Source: Eledone cirrhosa | Lineage: Eukaryota | Assembly (NCBI GenBank): GCA_964016885.1 | Contig: OZ024755.1 | Span: forward strand, 20,274,001 to 20,338,000 | Reading direction: 5' to 3' | Length of the DNA stretch: 64,000 nucleotides | Shown: positions 14,483 through 28,140 of the stretch, one piece after another | Position numbering within the stretch: the first letter of the stretch is position 1 | Layout: each line of letters starts with the position of its first letter | Notes under the pieces: model-generated | What the model saw: the letters and a program-made list of their open reading frames with translations, nothing else | Told to the model about the DNA's origin: nothing | The model's database searches: none | Made by a program: the position numbers and the translations under genes

Positions 14483-15261
14483 ACATCCAACACTTCATCA
14501 ACCGCATGCAGTTCTCTGGCTACAACCAAAGAGACAGAGTCAGAGTATACGAAGGAGCCATGGAAAAGTATAAGACCCTCATAGAACTGGACATGAAAGG
14601 AATTTGCCCACTATACAGGAGCAAATCATGGAATAGCTTAGATAGGGCTAGACATAAGATAGGGAAGGCCACATCATGGTACGACAACCAGAGATATCAG
14701 AGTGTCATGTTTGTGGACGCCACCCCTGGAGGGAAATTAGCTAACCAGTGTAGAAAGGCCCTGAGAAAGACCCACTTAAAAATAAAGGTGGTAGAAAAGC
14801 CAGGAACCACCATAAAATCCCTGATCAGCAAAACCTACCCTTTTAAGAAAACCCACTGTACCAATAGGAAATGTATCATATGTAAGGTGAACCCCCGGAT
14901 AAACTGTAAAACTAGAAACGTAGTCTATAGCATAAGATGTACAGAGGGTACTTGCAGAAACACGACAACAACATACATAGGTGAGACAGCTCGTAGCATA
15001 GGTGAAAGGATAGACCAACACTGGGGGGAACTAAAAGGACGAAAAAACGGGTCAGTACTATACGAACATGCTAGACAACATCATGACGGTAACATAGACA
15101 ACATAGAAATTAGAATAATATCTAAACATAGGAATGACCCAGCAGATAGGCAAATCAGAGAGGCCAGTGAAATAGAAATTAGAAAACCAAAGCTAAACAG
15201 AAAGAATGAGTGGAACAACAACAACACCCAAACAAACAACACTGACCTAAGAGAAGTATAA
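14483..15261 (+). CDS. Inverted duplicate of the C-terminal linker plus GIY-YIG domain
   Basis: From IQHFINRMQF to DLREV* the translation is identical to the C-terminus of the minus-strand ORF. First ATG at 14506. Confidence 0.85.
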
Positions 15262-15533
15262 ATAAATAAGTAAATTAAATTAAATAAAATAAGATAAATA
15301 AATACATACACAAGCACATAAACACACACTAGTCACCCAGCAGACACAACACGATACACACTAGTCACACATCACACATAACACTATACACACACGCAAA
15401 CGCATGCGCAAAGAAGACAAAATAAAATAAGATAAACAAACAAGCAAATAAATAAATAAATATATAGACAGACTGAACAAAAAAAATGGCGTAGACATAC
15501 AACACAACAGGAGGAACAATGAATATAACACCA

Positions 15534-15561
15534 CTGACGATGTTGCAGATGTGCAACGAAA
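15534..15561 (+). ncRNA. Hammerhead core plus stem II in the pseudo-LTR (mirror copy 11860-11887, minus strand)
   Basis: CTGACGA-T-GTTGCA-GATG-TGCAAC-GAAA. Stems I and III are not convincingly formed locally. Confidence 0.55.
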
Positions 15562-15837
15562 GATTTATGTAAACTATATATATATGTGTTTGTCTATATT
15601 GTATCTGTATTATTTTTGACCGCCGGTCAGTCAATGGCAACATTGAGGACCGAGTAAGTTAGATCGCAGATATATATATATAAAAGACAGCGAGAAGCGA
15701 AAACCAACCAAACAGTGAGTGTGTTCTGTTATTAATTCTGGCAATATTACGCAAATATGACCCTCCCCAAATATAACAATATCTGTTTCGACACACGATT
15801 TCATATAAAAAACCTCGCAAAACTAATTCATCGCCGC

Positions 15838-17320
<1,483 letters not shown>

Positions 17321-17519
17321 TACACAAAACACTACTGCTAAGCATTGCACACACATAATATGAGGAATAGATTCAATAACAGAACGCCATTCTAAAACAA
17401 ATCATTCCACACAGGAAGGGAGACAGGACTTCACACTTGTTTAACAGTGAAAACAATAAAAAATAAATTGAAACAACCAAAATAACGTTAGTAGTGGTAA
17501 CAAAGATGATATAGATAAT

Positions 17520-17649
17520 GATTTCTTTATTGGCCACAAGGGCTGACATTAAAAAAAACATTTCAGACGGCATAGGACGGTACGATGTGGGTTTTGTGCG
17601 TGTAAAGATTTTTATTTATATAAGAAATGAAAAAGAAAAAAGACATAGA

Positions 17650-17687
<38 letters not shown>

Positions 17688-17960
17688 CAATAAAAATGAA
17701 AATTCAAACAATGAAAAATTCCCCAATAGGGAGGAACCCTCCGAGGGTTACACGTGGCAAAAACCACACAAAAGACCACGGCCACCCTGACCACCAGGGC
17801 AAGCGCCCTCTCTCAATTTTTCCATTTCTCAAACTACAGGCGTATATTCAGAGCGGTCCCGTTCACTCGGACCATTCTCGCTACATTCACCCACCTTTCA
17901 ACAAACTTGCTAGAAGGCAGCACTTGCCTCTCCACCCTGATTTTCCTCTTCAAGTGAAAA
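17520..17960 (-). mobile_element. 3' end of an L1/Tx1-like LINE
   Basis: Minus strand reads HLKRKIRVERQVLPSSKFVERWVNVARMVRVNGTALNIRL*, then a 3' UTR ending CCCTTGTGGCCAATAAAGAAAT. Clade assignment is from memory of F...W C-termini. Confidence 0.5.
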
Positions 17961-18353
17961 ATAAAAACACACAAATACAGAGCCAAAACCCCCACGACTT
18001 ACAAATATATACAACATACTAAAGATAGCACTACTTGGCACTGCACACATATTACGAAAAGTACTATCAATACAATAGAAACAACCTCAGCAAAACCTAC
18101 ACTGCTCAAACTCAAGGTGCACAAAGGCGTGCTCGGAAAAGCAGTAATAATGTGCAGTAACAATAATAATGGAAATAATAATAATAATAATAATGGAACA
18201 CTTCAAAAGGCATGCTTGCTGGGACAGCAAGACCCCCTCCGATACGTCCTGAATATCTGAGGCTGCAGGTAGCGGCTTGATATTCATTTCAACAAACTTT
18301 CCAGTTAACTAACATCAATTACTGAGACTCAAAGAACAATAATAATAATAATA

Positions 18354-18594
18354 AACTCTTCCCAAATCCCAGGAAACACGCGTATAGAAGAAATTCAAAA
18401 GATAGTCCTAATGGGAACTGCCCATATACTAAGGAAGATCACAAGTCTAAACACCTAATGATTCACGTGTGTGTATGTATATTCTTTCATGGCGGACCTT
18501 GTTGTCTCTTGAGGTCACTGGCTGTGACTTGGTGACAACTCGTATGAACATAAAGCAAGATAAATGCAAATAATAATAATAATAATAATAATAA
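18354..18594 (+). mobile_element. 3' end of a Dong/R4-like LINE inserted in (TAA)n
   Basis: SQIPGNTRIEEIQKIVLMGTAHILRKITSLNT* resembles the R4/Dong C-terminal QK..L.GTAHILRK motif. (AAT)n on both sides. Confidence 0.75.
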
Positions 18595-20559
18595 TCTATT
18601 CTATTAAGGTGATATTCATACAGTAAAAAAATGCATAATATATTCAATAGTATTATAAAATGTTGGGATAAACAAAATAAATTGATGTAAATAAAAACGA
18701 ACGACATTTTAGAATCATGATGAGAATATTTGAGAGGCTGCGAGATAATGTATAAAACGTAAAAAGTGTAGGAGACTTATGAAAGATTTTAAAGAGACGT
18801 TCAGAAAGAAAATGGTCTGCAGAAAGTTTAGATGGAATTAAAAATCAATTGATGAAGCTGTAACATATCGTAGACGTGAATTCTTTCTTAATCAACATGC
18901 AATGCTGCATTTTCTTGAGCTATGTTGATCTGCAGTGAGGTAACGAAGTAGAGATATATATGGAAATAACTGATTTAAACAGCTTATAAAAGATTTCCTT
19001 GAAATACTTCTCTGAAAAGCTATAGTAATCGTAATAATGAATGTGGTGTTAGGACCCATATATACAAATATTAATTGATTCATGCATCATAGATAAAATC
19101 AAAGACAATTAATAACACGTGCATGTAGATTTCAAAGCCTTCTAGAATGACTCCATTATGGTACCCTATAAGGAATGTGGTTTGATAAGAAAGTTTGTAA
19201 GTAGATGAGATTAGAAGTATTTGTCAATGGGAGAAACAAACGTGTCACTGAGATTATATAGGATTTATGCGAGGAGTCCGTTATCTTCGTTTAGAATTTG
19301 CTCTATTGATATACTAATATCAATAATACATTTTTAAAAAAAAGGTGAATATAGGATCATATTGAATAGAAACAGGCGTAATAAGAGTTATTAGCTCTGT
19401 TTATTGTATTTGCAAAATGTATCTCAAAAGCCACTCACAGCTGGGTGTAGCTAATGGTCGTATGAAGCAAATAAACCAAGTTACAAACGTATGCTATAAC
19501 GTTAAAATATTCAATGATTCCGTATATAAGAGAATAAATGGCGAGAATAGCATAATGGTATCGATAGTTGTCCATCTACTGACTGAAAGCATGAATTACC
19601 ATGCTGTGAAAGAGATAAACATATCTGTAAAATAAAATACTGCCATAATTTCAAGTAAAATCTAAATCTGAATAAAAACCCACATTGAATTGATGCTATT
19701 CGCTAAGCTGAAACTGGTTATAAAATGCAGAGTCATTCAATTAACTGGGTGTGTGAATATGTGTAATAAAAGAATCTACAAATGTAGGAGCGAATCATAA
19801 AGATAATCGTAAGGTATTCTTTATTCTTCTATCCTACACACAAGATTGCGGTGACGGATATTGAGGAAAATCAGAACAACTACAAAATCACACCTAACGC
19901 TCGGAAAACACGTAGTTATTACACGCAATACATAGCGTCAAACTTCTGTTGTTCGCCAAAAATTATATTGCACTACACTCTATATGAAACTCAGACTTAA
20001 TAAATATTTTTTCAGCTGTTTTGATGGCTGCACACTTAGAAGTCTGGATTTTCACTGGACGACATATGGATTCTTACCGAAGCTCGACAACAAAAAAAGA
20101 CCTTACAGCATAAACATGTGCTGCGGTCTCAAGGATTTTATGGAAACTACTGTCATTTTTTGAGTGACCTGTGTGATGAATATGCAGAAATGGGTTGTAT
20201 GTCCCTCAAAATATATTCTTTGCTTTCAATTCTCGATTTCTTTACTGTGCACTGTGTGGTACAGTAGGCGAGCTTGGCAATTGTTTTTTTTTTTTATCAA
20301 GGGATCACTTAAGTGGCAGGCAGATACCAAGGCAAATTCAATTCAAATATGGTGACTAATTATTGTTTGGCTTATATAACGATACTGCTCTAAATATCAT
20401 AAATGAGAAATAACAATAAAACTAGAGATTTACAATTCTAGAACTATGTCTGTGCACTGAGGGTGAACGGTTGGAATCATGTATGGTAACTCTGAAAGTG
20501 AAGTAAATATTTACTGTATTTCATTAGCCAGGATAGAGGGGAAGGGTAATAGATGAGGC

Positions 20560-21065
20560 AGGGGAAGGGTAACAGATGAGGCAGCGGAGGGGGTAAGAGA
20601 AGATGAAGGAGAGAGGAAGAGGAGAAGAAAGGAGAGAAAGGAGAGAAAGGAGAGGAAGAAGAGGAAAAGAGAAGGATCAGGGATGGATGAGATTAGGGGG
20701 AGAAGGAAGATGAGGCGAAGGAAGATGAGGGGGAGAAGAAGTGGATAACAAGAGGAGGAGGAAGAAGAGGAAAAGAAGGATTAGGAAAAAAGGATTAGGA
20801 AGAAGGGAGGAGAAGGGAAGAAGGGAGAAGAAGGGAAGAGAGGAGGAGAAGGGAGGAGAAGGAAGGAGAAGGGAAGAGAGGAGGAGAAGGAAGGAGAAGG
20901 GAAGAGAGGAGGAGAAGGGAGGAGAGGGAAGAGAGGAGGAGAAGGGAGGAGAAGGAAGAGAGGAGGAGAAGGAAGAGAGGAGGAGAAGGAAGAGGGGAGG
21001 AGAAGGAAGAGGGGAGGAGAAGGAAGAGGGGAGGAGAAGGAAGAGGGGAAAGGAAGGGAAGGGGA
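20560..21065. repeat. Polypurine (GA-rich) low-complexity tract
   Basis: Direct reading. Confidence 0.95.
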
Positions 21066-21920
21066 CACCAACGTCTTTTCTACGTGACTATCGATATGTT
21101 TATAAGGAAATATTGAAATGTGGCTGACACTGTTTACATTTCCGGAATACATGAACGAGGTTCATCATTGCGTAAAACCTGGATATGATTGCATAATCAG
21201 CATTTCAGATTTGAATACAGGATTACTAATTAAGTAGGAATCAGTTCACATTCAAATAACAAAACAGAATCACAATTTCTTTTAAAGTCAGTCATATATA
21301 TATGATATAGTCAATTAGTGGCAGTAGTATGTAGAATATGAAAAAGATATGTAAGAAAACTAAACTTAGCGCGGTATGTTATACCGTAATGAATGAGTGT
21401 GAATTGATAAGCACATATCAGAAGAGTGATATCAGAAAACAATATGTTTTATAAGCTGTAAGCTGCTATGCTTCAGTATAGTAAATGTAGCGAAATCTGA
21501 TAAGGCGGATATCAGAAAGAATGTAGAAAAGAATGAATGTAAGAGAATCTGTTGTAATCTGAAAAGAGTCTGTATCATGACATAGTAGAACTAAATCTAA
21601 CGTAATATCATAATGACTTAGCCGAGTATATCATTAACTGGTTAGATTTTTTTTTTTTTTTTTTTTTTAGAATCATGATGGTAAAAGTGTAACATAGACT
21701 TGGTTTATTGTTGGAATGTAGGAACTAATTGTAGAAAAGTAAGGATAAAATAAATTGTAAGTGAGAGCTGTGTCATCAGACTTCCTTCAATGCTCTGTGG
21801 CAGAAAACGAGAGCATATCATGTGCTGTATATGTTCGCTATTTAAACCAGCGCAATACGTACATCGACATTTCTTGTAGTAGCTTAAGCATAAGAGAAGG
21901 AAGATTAAATAGACATTTAT

Positions 21921-22112
21921 ATAATTGTTTCTACTTTTGGCACAAGGCCAGCAATTATCCCAGTGCATTACAGGTACTTTATTTTATCGAGCCTGCAAGG
22001 ATGAAAAGGCTAAGTTAACCTCGGCAGGATTGGACCTCAGACCGTAAAGGGCCGTAACTATACGTCAAAGCATGTCGCCCGACCCTCTACCAATACTGTC
22101 AATCCACCACCC
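21921..22112 (-). mobile_element. SINE family A
   Basis: Reverse complement of the consensus. Confidence 0.9.
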
Positions 22113-23156
22113 TAAAACAAGATATAATATTGGAACAACACAAGCAACTAAACAACATAGAACTAGCTATAGAGTGTTGACTACGACATATATTAATTAA
22201 ACAAGCCTGTAAGCCTGGATATAAATTTAGAGAAATCCTACCAAACCTAGAGATACAATATTAATATTGACTACAAGAATTATTCAAAAAATGGAAAAGA
22301 AAAGCATCCATACATACCTACATAATCACATATATACGAGAAAAACACAAAATATTTGTGATATCTCATGTGTAGATTTTTCCTATTGAGTGTAAGTCTT
22401 ATACGTAGTGTAAACCAACAAGATACTTCTCTCTCTCCCTCTCTCTAGAACCTACTGCTATTGTTAAATTATTGTCATAGAAAATAGCTAATTCTTTGGA
22501 GAATCACAGACGGTTTAGATTTGGTATTAGTGTCCATTCATACTTCTATTAGTAGTAATGCCTTTAGTAAAAACATGAAACTAACGATTTCCCATTTCTC
22601 TAACTATATAAACTGATTTTTTTGTGTGTGTGTTTGCTCATATAACATGTTTATTTTAGGTTATAAAAGACCCTTTAATGTAGTCAATTCTGTAAAAATG
22701 CTTTTAGCGTATTCTCCCAATAAACACGAACACTTAATTCATTGGGCGTTAAGATCCTGAGGAACCACATTAGACATTTGATATATTTGACGGTAATGAT
22801 CAGTTTCTACGCTTTAGTATTATTCTGACAATAAATGGGTATTTGATTTAGTAGAAAGACTCGAATAACCTCTGGTTGATAAGATGTTTCTTTTTCTATT
22901 TTCTCTCGGCAAAAATTATTTAGTAGGATAGAGAAATTGAAAATAATACAGGAAGATCTCAAAATTGCAGGAATTCTTCAAGAAAATCTATAAATATCAT
23001 CACTTATGCTCCACTTAATAGAAGAAATTGAATTTAATTGTAATTTTTCTTGTTAAAGACACATGTTAGTAAATTGTGAATAAGTTCACATGAGTACATT
23101 TGATAAAATACGAAGAACCGGTATATAGAATATTATCTCTCTTTCTATGTATATAA

Positions 23157-23359
23157 ACAAGGAGGTGTTGAAAAGTTCGTGGCTTTGGGTAACAAAAAAT
23201 ACAGGAGGATCAATTAATTATGATTTTATTCAACATATTCCCCTTTCAGATTCACACACTTATTGCAGCAGCCCTTCAGTTTCTTTTTTTAAGGTCACTA
23301 CAAAGAACTCGGAAGGTTAGACCTCCAGCCAGGCCAGGGACGTTTCAGCACACACCCTC
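23157..23359. mobile_element. Mariner-type MITE (inverted relative of 3743-3960)
   Basis: Shares ATGATTTTATTCAACATATT...AGATTCACACA and GAAAAGTTC-type termini. Confidence 0.65.
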
Positions 23360-23409
23360 TGTGTGGTGTGGTGTGGTGTGGTGTGGTGTGGTGTGGGTGC
23401 GTGCGTGCG

Positions 23410-23450
<41 letters not shown>

Positions 23451-23491
23451 CGAAACATAAGTCAATTGCATGAACTCATAATCCTTTATTT

Positions 23492-23547
23492 ACTGCTATA
23501 TATATTTCGGTGATATCCATTGAGTGGCTATGACCTCATCAGGCAGT
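23492..23547 (-). ncRNA. Type I hammerhead ribozyme with palindromic stem III (AUA site)
   Basis: Minus strand: ACTGC-CTGATGA-GGTCATAGCCA/CTCAA/TGGATATCACC-GAAA-TATATA-TA-GCAGT. Confidence 0.85.
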
Positions 23548-23606
23548 TAGTCAGTTCTTAGAGAGGCCAGCTCTGTGTTTATGGTGTTGATTGTATCAGA
23601 GCCTTG

Positions 23607-23652
<46 letters not shown>

Positions 23653-23973
23653 CGGACGATACCGAACATAGAATGGCTACTGTCGACTTATTGGTGGTGT
23701 CTTGGTGTGTTTCTGCTATATATAAAGATAAGTTAGAGTTACATATAAACTTATACGATTAGCAGGCACTTATTTCAATAATTTACATTTGAGTATATCC
23801 GCTGTCAGTGCGTAAAAATAAAATATCTAAAGTAACGAGAAAATTTGAATGCATGGGTGAATTGTTAATAGATTTACATCTGTATATTTGATAGACATGT
23901 ATATATGTGTATAGACATTCATCAACCTTTTGTGAAACGTACGAATTATATTTCATTATATATACACACGGTG

Positions 23974-24580
23974 AGGGCGGTGGGTTGGCAGTATCGGTAG
24001 AGAGTCGGACGCCATGCTTTGCAGCATAGAGTTACGGCTCTTTATGATCTGAGCTCAAATCCCGCCGAAGCTAACTTTGCTTTTCATCCTTACGGGGTCG
24101 ATAAAATAAAGTACCAGTCACGCACTGGGGTCGATTAAATCGACTTTCCCCTCCCCCAAATTACTGGCCTTGTGCCTATATAAGAAACCATTATATATAC
24201 ACACAGTGGATTGGCAGTATCGGTAGAGGTTCGGACATGCTTTCCAGCATAGTTACGTCCTTTTACGATCTGAGTTCAAATCCTACCGAGGTTAACTTTG
24301 CATCTCATCCTTACTGGGTCGATAAAATAAAGTACCAGTAATGCACTGGGGTCGATTTAATCGACTTTCCACCTATACTAGAAAACATTATATATACACT
24401 ACCAGCAGTGTCGGTATGGAGTCGGACGCCATGCTTTCCAGCATAGTTACGTCCCTTTACGGACTGAGTTCAAATCCCGTCGAGGTTAACTTTGCCTTTC
24501 ATCCTTACGGGGTCGATAAAATAAAATACCAGTAATGTACTGTTTAATTGCTGGCTTTGTGCCAAGAGTAGAAACAATTA
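23974..24580 (+). mobile_element. Three head-to-tail SINE family A copies
   Basis: Heads near 23974, 24206 and 24405, separated by ATTATATATACAC-like target repeats. Confidence 0.9.
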
Positions 24581-25552
24581 TATAAACACTACCAGCGTAT
24601 ATCCCCAGCAATGGCCCGAGGGTTTAAATCAGCGATGGACAGTCCAGGGAGTAGTCTTGTACTCTCAGTCGCTTAACACCATGGTAACCGGGATAAGTAT
24701 CGGCTTGATGAACCTTTGGGTTTGTGACAGACTTTAGACTTTACAAACATACGCTTGTGAACTTATTTTATCCATATCACTTATATGCTGTCACCCATAC
24801 TCTAGTTGTCTTGTACATACTTGTTGGCAATTTAGCAAATCTCATGACACACTTGTTCTCCAACTACAGATACATATCAGAACCTTATAAGAATCTTATA
24901 AGACCATATCGACTTGTTTTCAGAGAGCATGGTTTCGGTTACATGAATATAACGTGTCATTTACTTTAAAACATTATAGTGTTACTTGACTGCTCTTTCT
25001 AGCGTATCAAACAACCCGATAGACACGACGTCGTCATTCACATATATAACGAAATGCTACATATTTTGTGACTAAGTAGCTTATAAACTTTACATTTTTC
25101 TCATTATAGAATATTTATTAGAATTTGATGAAAAAAATGTTTAAACATTCTTTCAAAATTTTATCTTCAACTGAAAATCAAACATTACGTTTATCGATCG
25201 GATTTAGCTACTTATTGACTAATTATTTTTTTCAAACAATTCTAATTTCAAGATTTCTAAACATATACATGTATTACAACAATAAACCAAATGCAATGGT
25301 AGTTAAACAAATTATCACACAATATTTTCTTGAGTTTCTTTTCTTGTCTCATAATCTTCAGTGTTAGGTATTTGCCTTGCTATCTCTAACATCTTTTTCA
25401 CTTTTATCATGTACATATATATATGCATAAATACCGTTTATGCGCTTGCACGTAGACACATACTCACATATACACACACACACACAGACATATATATATA
25501 TATTGGAATTCCTTTTATTAATATAATCTTCTATACACAATCATACACACGC

Positions 25553-25595
<43 letters not shown>

Positions 25596-25789
25596 TACTC
25601 ACACACACACATACATATATATATACACATATATATGTGTGTGTATACATACTATATTTGATTCAGTGATTAATGCTGGTGGTACCAATATGAGCACTCG
25701 TTGCACGTAAGAGGTCGATACTCAATAAAAAAAATATTTAAACACGAAAGCGAAACTTTATCATTTTTTATCCTATATATATATATAGT

Positions 25790-25928
25790 TATAAGAATAT
25801 TGCCAGAAATAATAACAGAACACTCTCACTGTTTGGCTGGTTTTCGCTTCTGTATCTTTTATATCTCCATAGTTAATTTATTTGGCAATCAACGTTTATC
25901 ATTGATTGACCAACGGTTAAAAATACAG

Positions 25929-25965
<37 letters not shown>

Positions 25966-26298
25966 ATCAAATAAAATAAAATAAAAATGGCGTAGACATT
26001 ACAATACAACAGGAGGAAACATAATAGTACCACTGATGATGTTGCAGATGTGTAACGAAAGAACTTTGATAAACTATATATATATTTATATCTGTATTTT
26101 TAACCATTGATCAATTAATGATAAACGTTGATTGCCAAATAAATTAACTATGGAGATATCAAAGATAGACGCGAAAACCAACCAAACAGTGAATGTGTTC
26201 TGTTATTATTTCTGGCAATAGTATTACAACAATATGACCCTCCCCAAGTATAACAATATTTGTTTCGACACACGATTTCATATAAAAAAACCTTGCAA

Positions 26299-26302
<4 letters not shown>
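25790..26302 (+). mobile_element. Solo pseudo-LTR of the 11645-15837 Penelope family with an inverted partial arm
   Basis: 25985-26300 matches 15485-15822, including CTGATGA-T-GTTGCA-GATG-TGTAAC-GAAA (26033-26060) and the 3' extension. 25795-25935 is an inverted copy of about 26085-26220. Confidence 0.85.
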
Positions 26303-26342
<40 letters not shown>

Positions 26343-26460
26343 TAAAAGGAAAAGAAAATGCTGACAAATTTTTCCCAGTGAAAAATAGTTTAATTAGAAA
26401 TAAGTAAAAATTAGTAATAAGTATTGGTTAGTATTCAGTTTTAGTTTTAAGTTTTAAGTT

Positions 26461-26495
26461 TTTACCGGTTGCGCATTTCTAATGCTTTTCAAAAA
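26461..26495 (-). ncRNA. Degenerate or variant hammerhead motif
   Basis: Minus strand: TTT-TTGAAAA-GCATT/AGA/AATGC-GCAA-CCGG-TA-AAA. Confidence 0.4.
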
Positions 26496-26660
26496 TAATT
26501 TTGAGATAGAGCGCCCGTGATGTTTGCTCTAATCTGTATATATATATAAATATATATATATATATTATATATATATATCCGTATGGTTGAGGTGGAGAGA
26601 AATGAGTACACAATACCGAAGTAGCGTTTTAATATTCATGTTATTAAGGCTAAATAGTGA

Positions 26661-26705
26661 GTCTTGTTACTCTGGAGTTTCGCTTGTGTATCACAGGATC
26701 AGCAG

Positions 26706-26708
<3 letters not shown>
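26661..26708 (-). ncRNA. Degenerate or variant hammerhead motif, stem I truncated by a TA run
   Basis: Minus strand: CTGCTGA-TCCTGTG/ATA/CACAAGC-GAAA-CTC CA GAG-TA. Confidence 0.5.
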
Positions 26709-26736
<28 letters not shown>

Positions 26737-26812
26737 CCTGATGTCTTCCAAAAGTAACGGTCGCATTTTGAAAGGGTACGTCAATGTTTATTTATAAAAC
26801 TGGTATATATTG

Positions 26813-26877
26813 TATTTTATCTGATGAAGGCATACCATAATTTAACATTGTATCCTTGAAATATGTATAATGAAATA
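26813..26877 (+). ncRNA. Type I hammerhead ribozyme, AUA family copy 1
   Basis: TATTTTAT-CTGATGA-AGGCATAC...GTATCCTT-GAAA-TATGTA-TA-ATGAAATA. Confidence 0.8.
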
Positions 26878-27354
26878 TAATATCGTATATATATATATAT
26901 ATATATATATAAATCTGGATCCGTTTGTAGGGAGGATGGGAGAGAAGGTGTGAGTGGCTTCAGTAATATGTGTGTGCGTGTACTTGGCACCTAATGTCAC
27001 CAATATACATACAATTGCCGTGAACGATACAGCAGATTCAGATGTGTATTTAAATCATATTTAAATAATAATTGTCAATTCTTAATTATTTCGTTGTGCA
27101 CACAATGACCGGTGTTTGTGAACGAGTGATAACTTCGTCATTCCATTACCGATGACATCGGAAAGACAGGGTTAATTCATATGTACAGCACTGTTGTAGT
27201 ATTAACCAGTTAAAGATCGATGCACTGCAATGACCTGATGTCCATACATTATTTCAGTACACATCTTTGTCATAAAGATCAGCGTCACTCTGGAGATCGA
27301 GCCACTGTTGTTTTTCTTGGCATTTAAAACGAAGGCAACACTGATTACACAATA

Positions 27355-27538
27355 TTTGGCAGTATCGGTAGAGGGTCGGACGCCATGCTTTGACGCATAG
27401 AGTTACGGCCCTTGCCATTCTGAGTTCAAATACCGCCGAGGTTAACTTTGCCTTTCATCCTGCCGGGGGCCGATAAAATAAAGTACCAGTAATACACTGG
27501 GGAAATTGCTGGCCTTGTGCCAAAAGTAGAAACAATTA
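27355..27538 (+). mobile_element. SINE family A
   Basis: Consensus match. Confidence 0.9.
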
Positions 27539-27984
27539 CGTTTAATATTTCCTACTATTCTAATTAAGGACCGAAACACTTGCTTAAGGGGGTGGATCTT
27601 TTTCTGTGAAGGCCTTCTGCCCAGCCCTCCATAGAGTTACCACTCACCCATCTATTCTCTTCTTTCGTTCTTTTCTTCGACATATTTTATTTTATTTCCT
27701 TCTTAAGTCTATACTTTTCTATATCCCTCCAATAAATGTATACCAGTGTTCAGAACATGTGGTAATTTAATGCTGTTGCACATACATTTTAGACCCCATC
27801 ACAAAAGTGGTGACCCGAATGATATAGAAACGATAATATGAAAGTTGCTCATTACAATATACTACAAACACACATTGGCACATTCAGGCGCAATATGCTG
27901 ACATAGCATTTGTCTTCTCCATTTCTTTCTTTCTTATTTGACTCGCTCCACTTTATTCTTTCTTACTGCCTACTCTCCCCCCCC

Positions 27985-27994
27985 CCTCTCTCTC

Positions 27995-28085
<91 letters not shown>

Positions 28086-28140
28086 CTCTCTTTCTGCCCT
28101 CTCCCTGTCTCTTTCTGCCCTCTCTCTGTCTATCTCGTTC
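27985..28140. repeat. (CT)n microsatellite
   Basis: Direct reading. Confidence 0.95.

Larger units (their letters stand above)
11645..15837 (-). mobile_element. Penelope-like retroelement, 5'-truncated, with an inverted duplication of its 3' end (pseudo-LTR)
   Basis: RT-EN ORF on the minus strand. Arms 11645-12938 and 14483-15776 are reverse complements (paired coordinates sum to 27421). The right arm carries a 61-bp extension. Confidence 0.95.

Noticed and set aside
14483-14529. N-terminus MVVARELHAVDEVLD of the 789-aa ORF and the first 41 aa of the 300-aa ORF
   Set aside because: These are antisense read-through across the inversion junction from non-ATG starts, not genuine N-termini.
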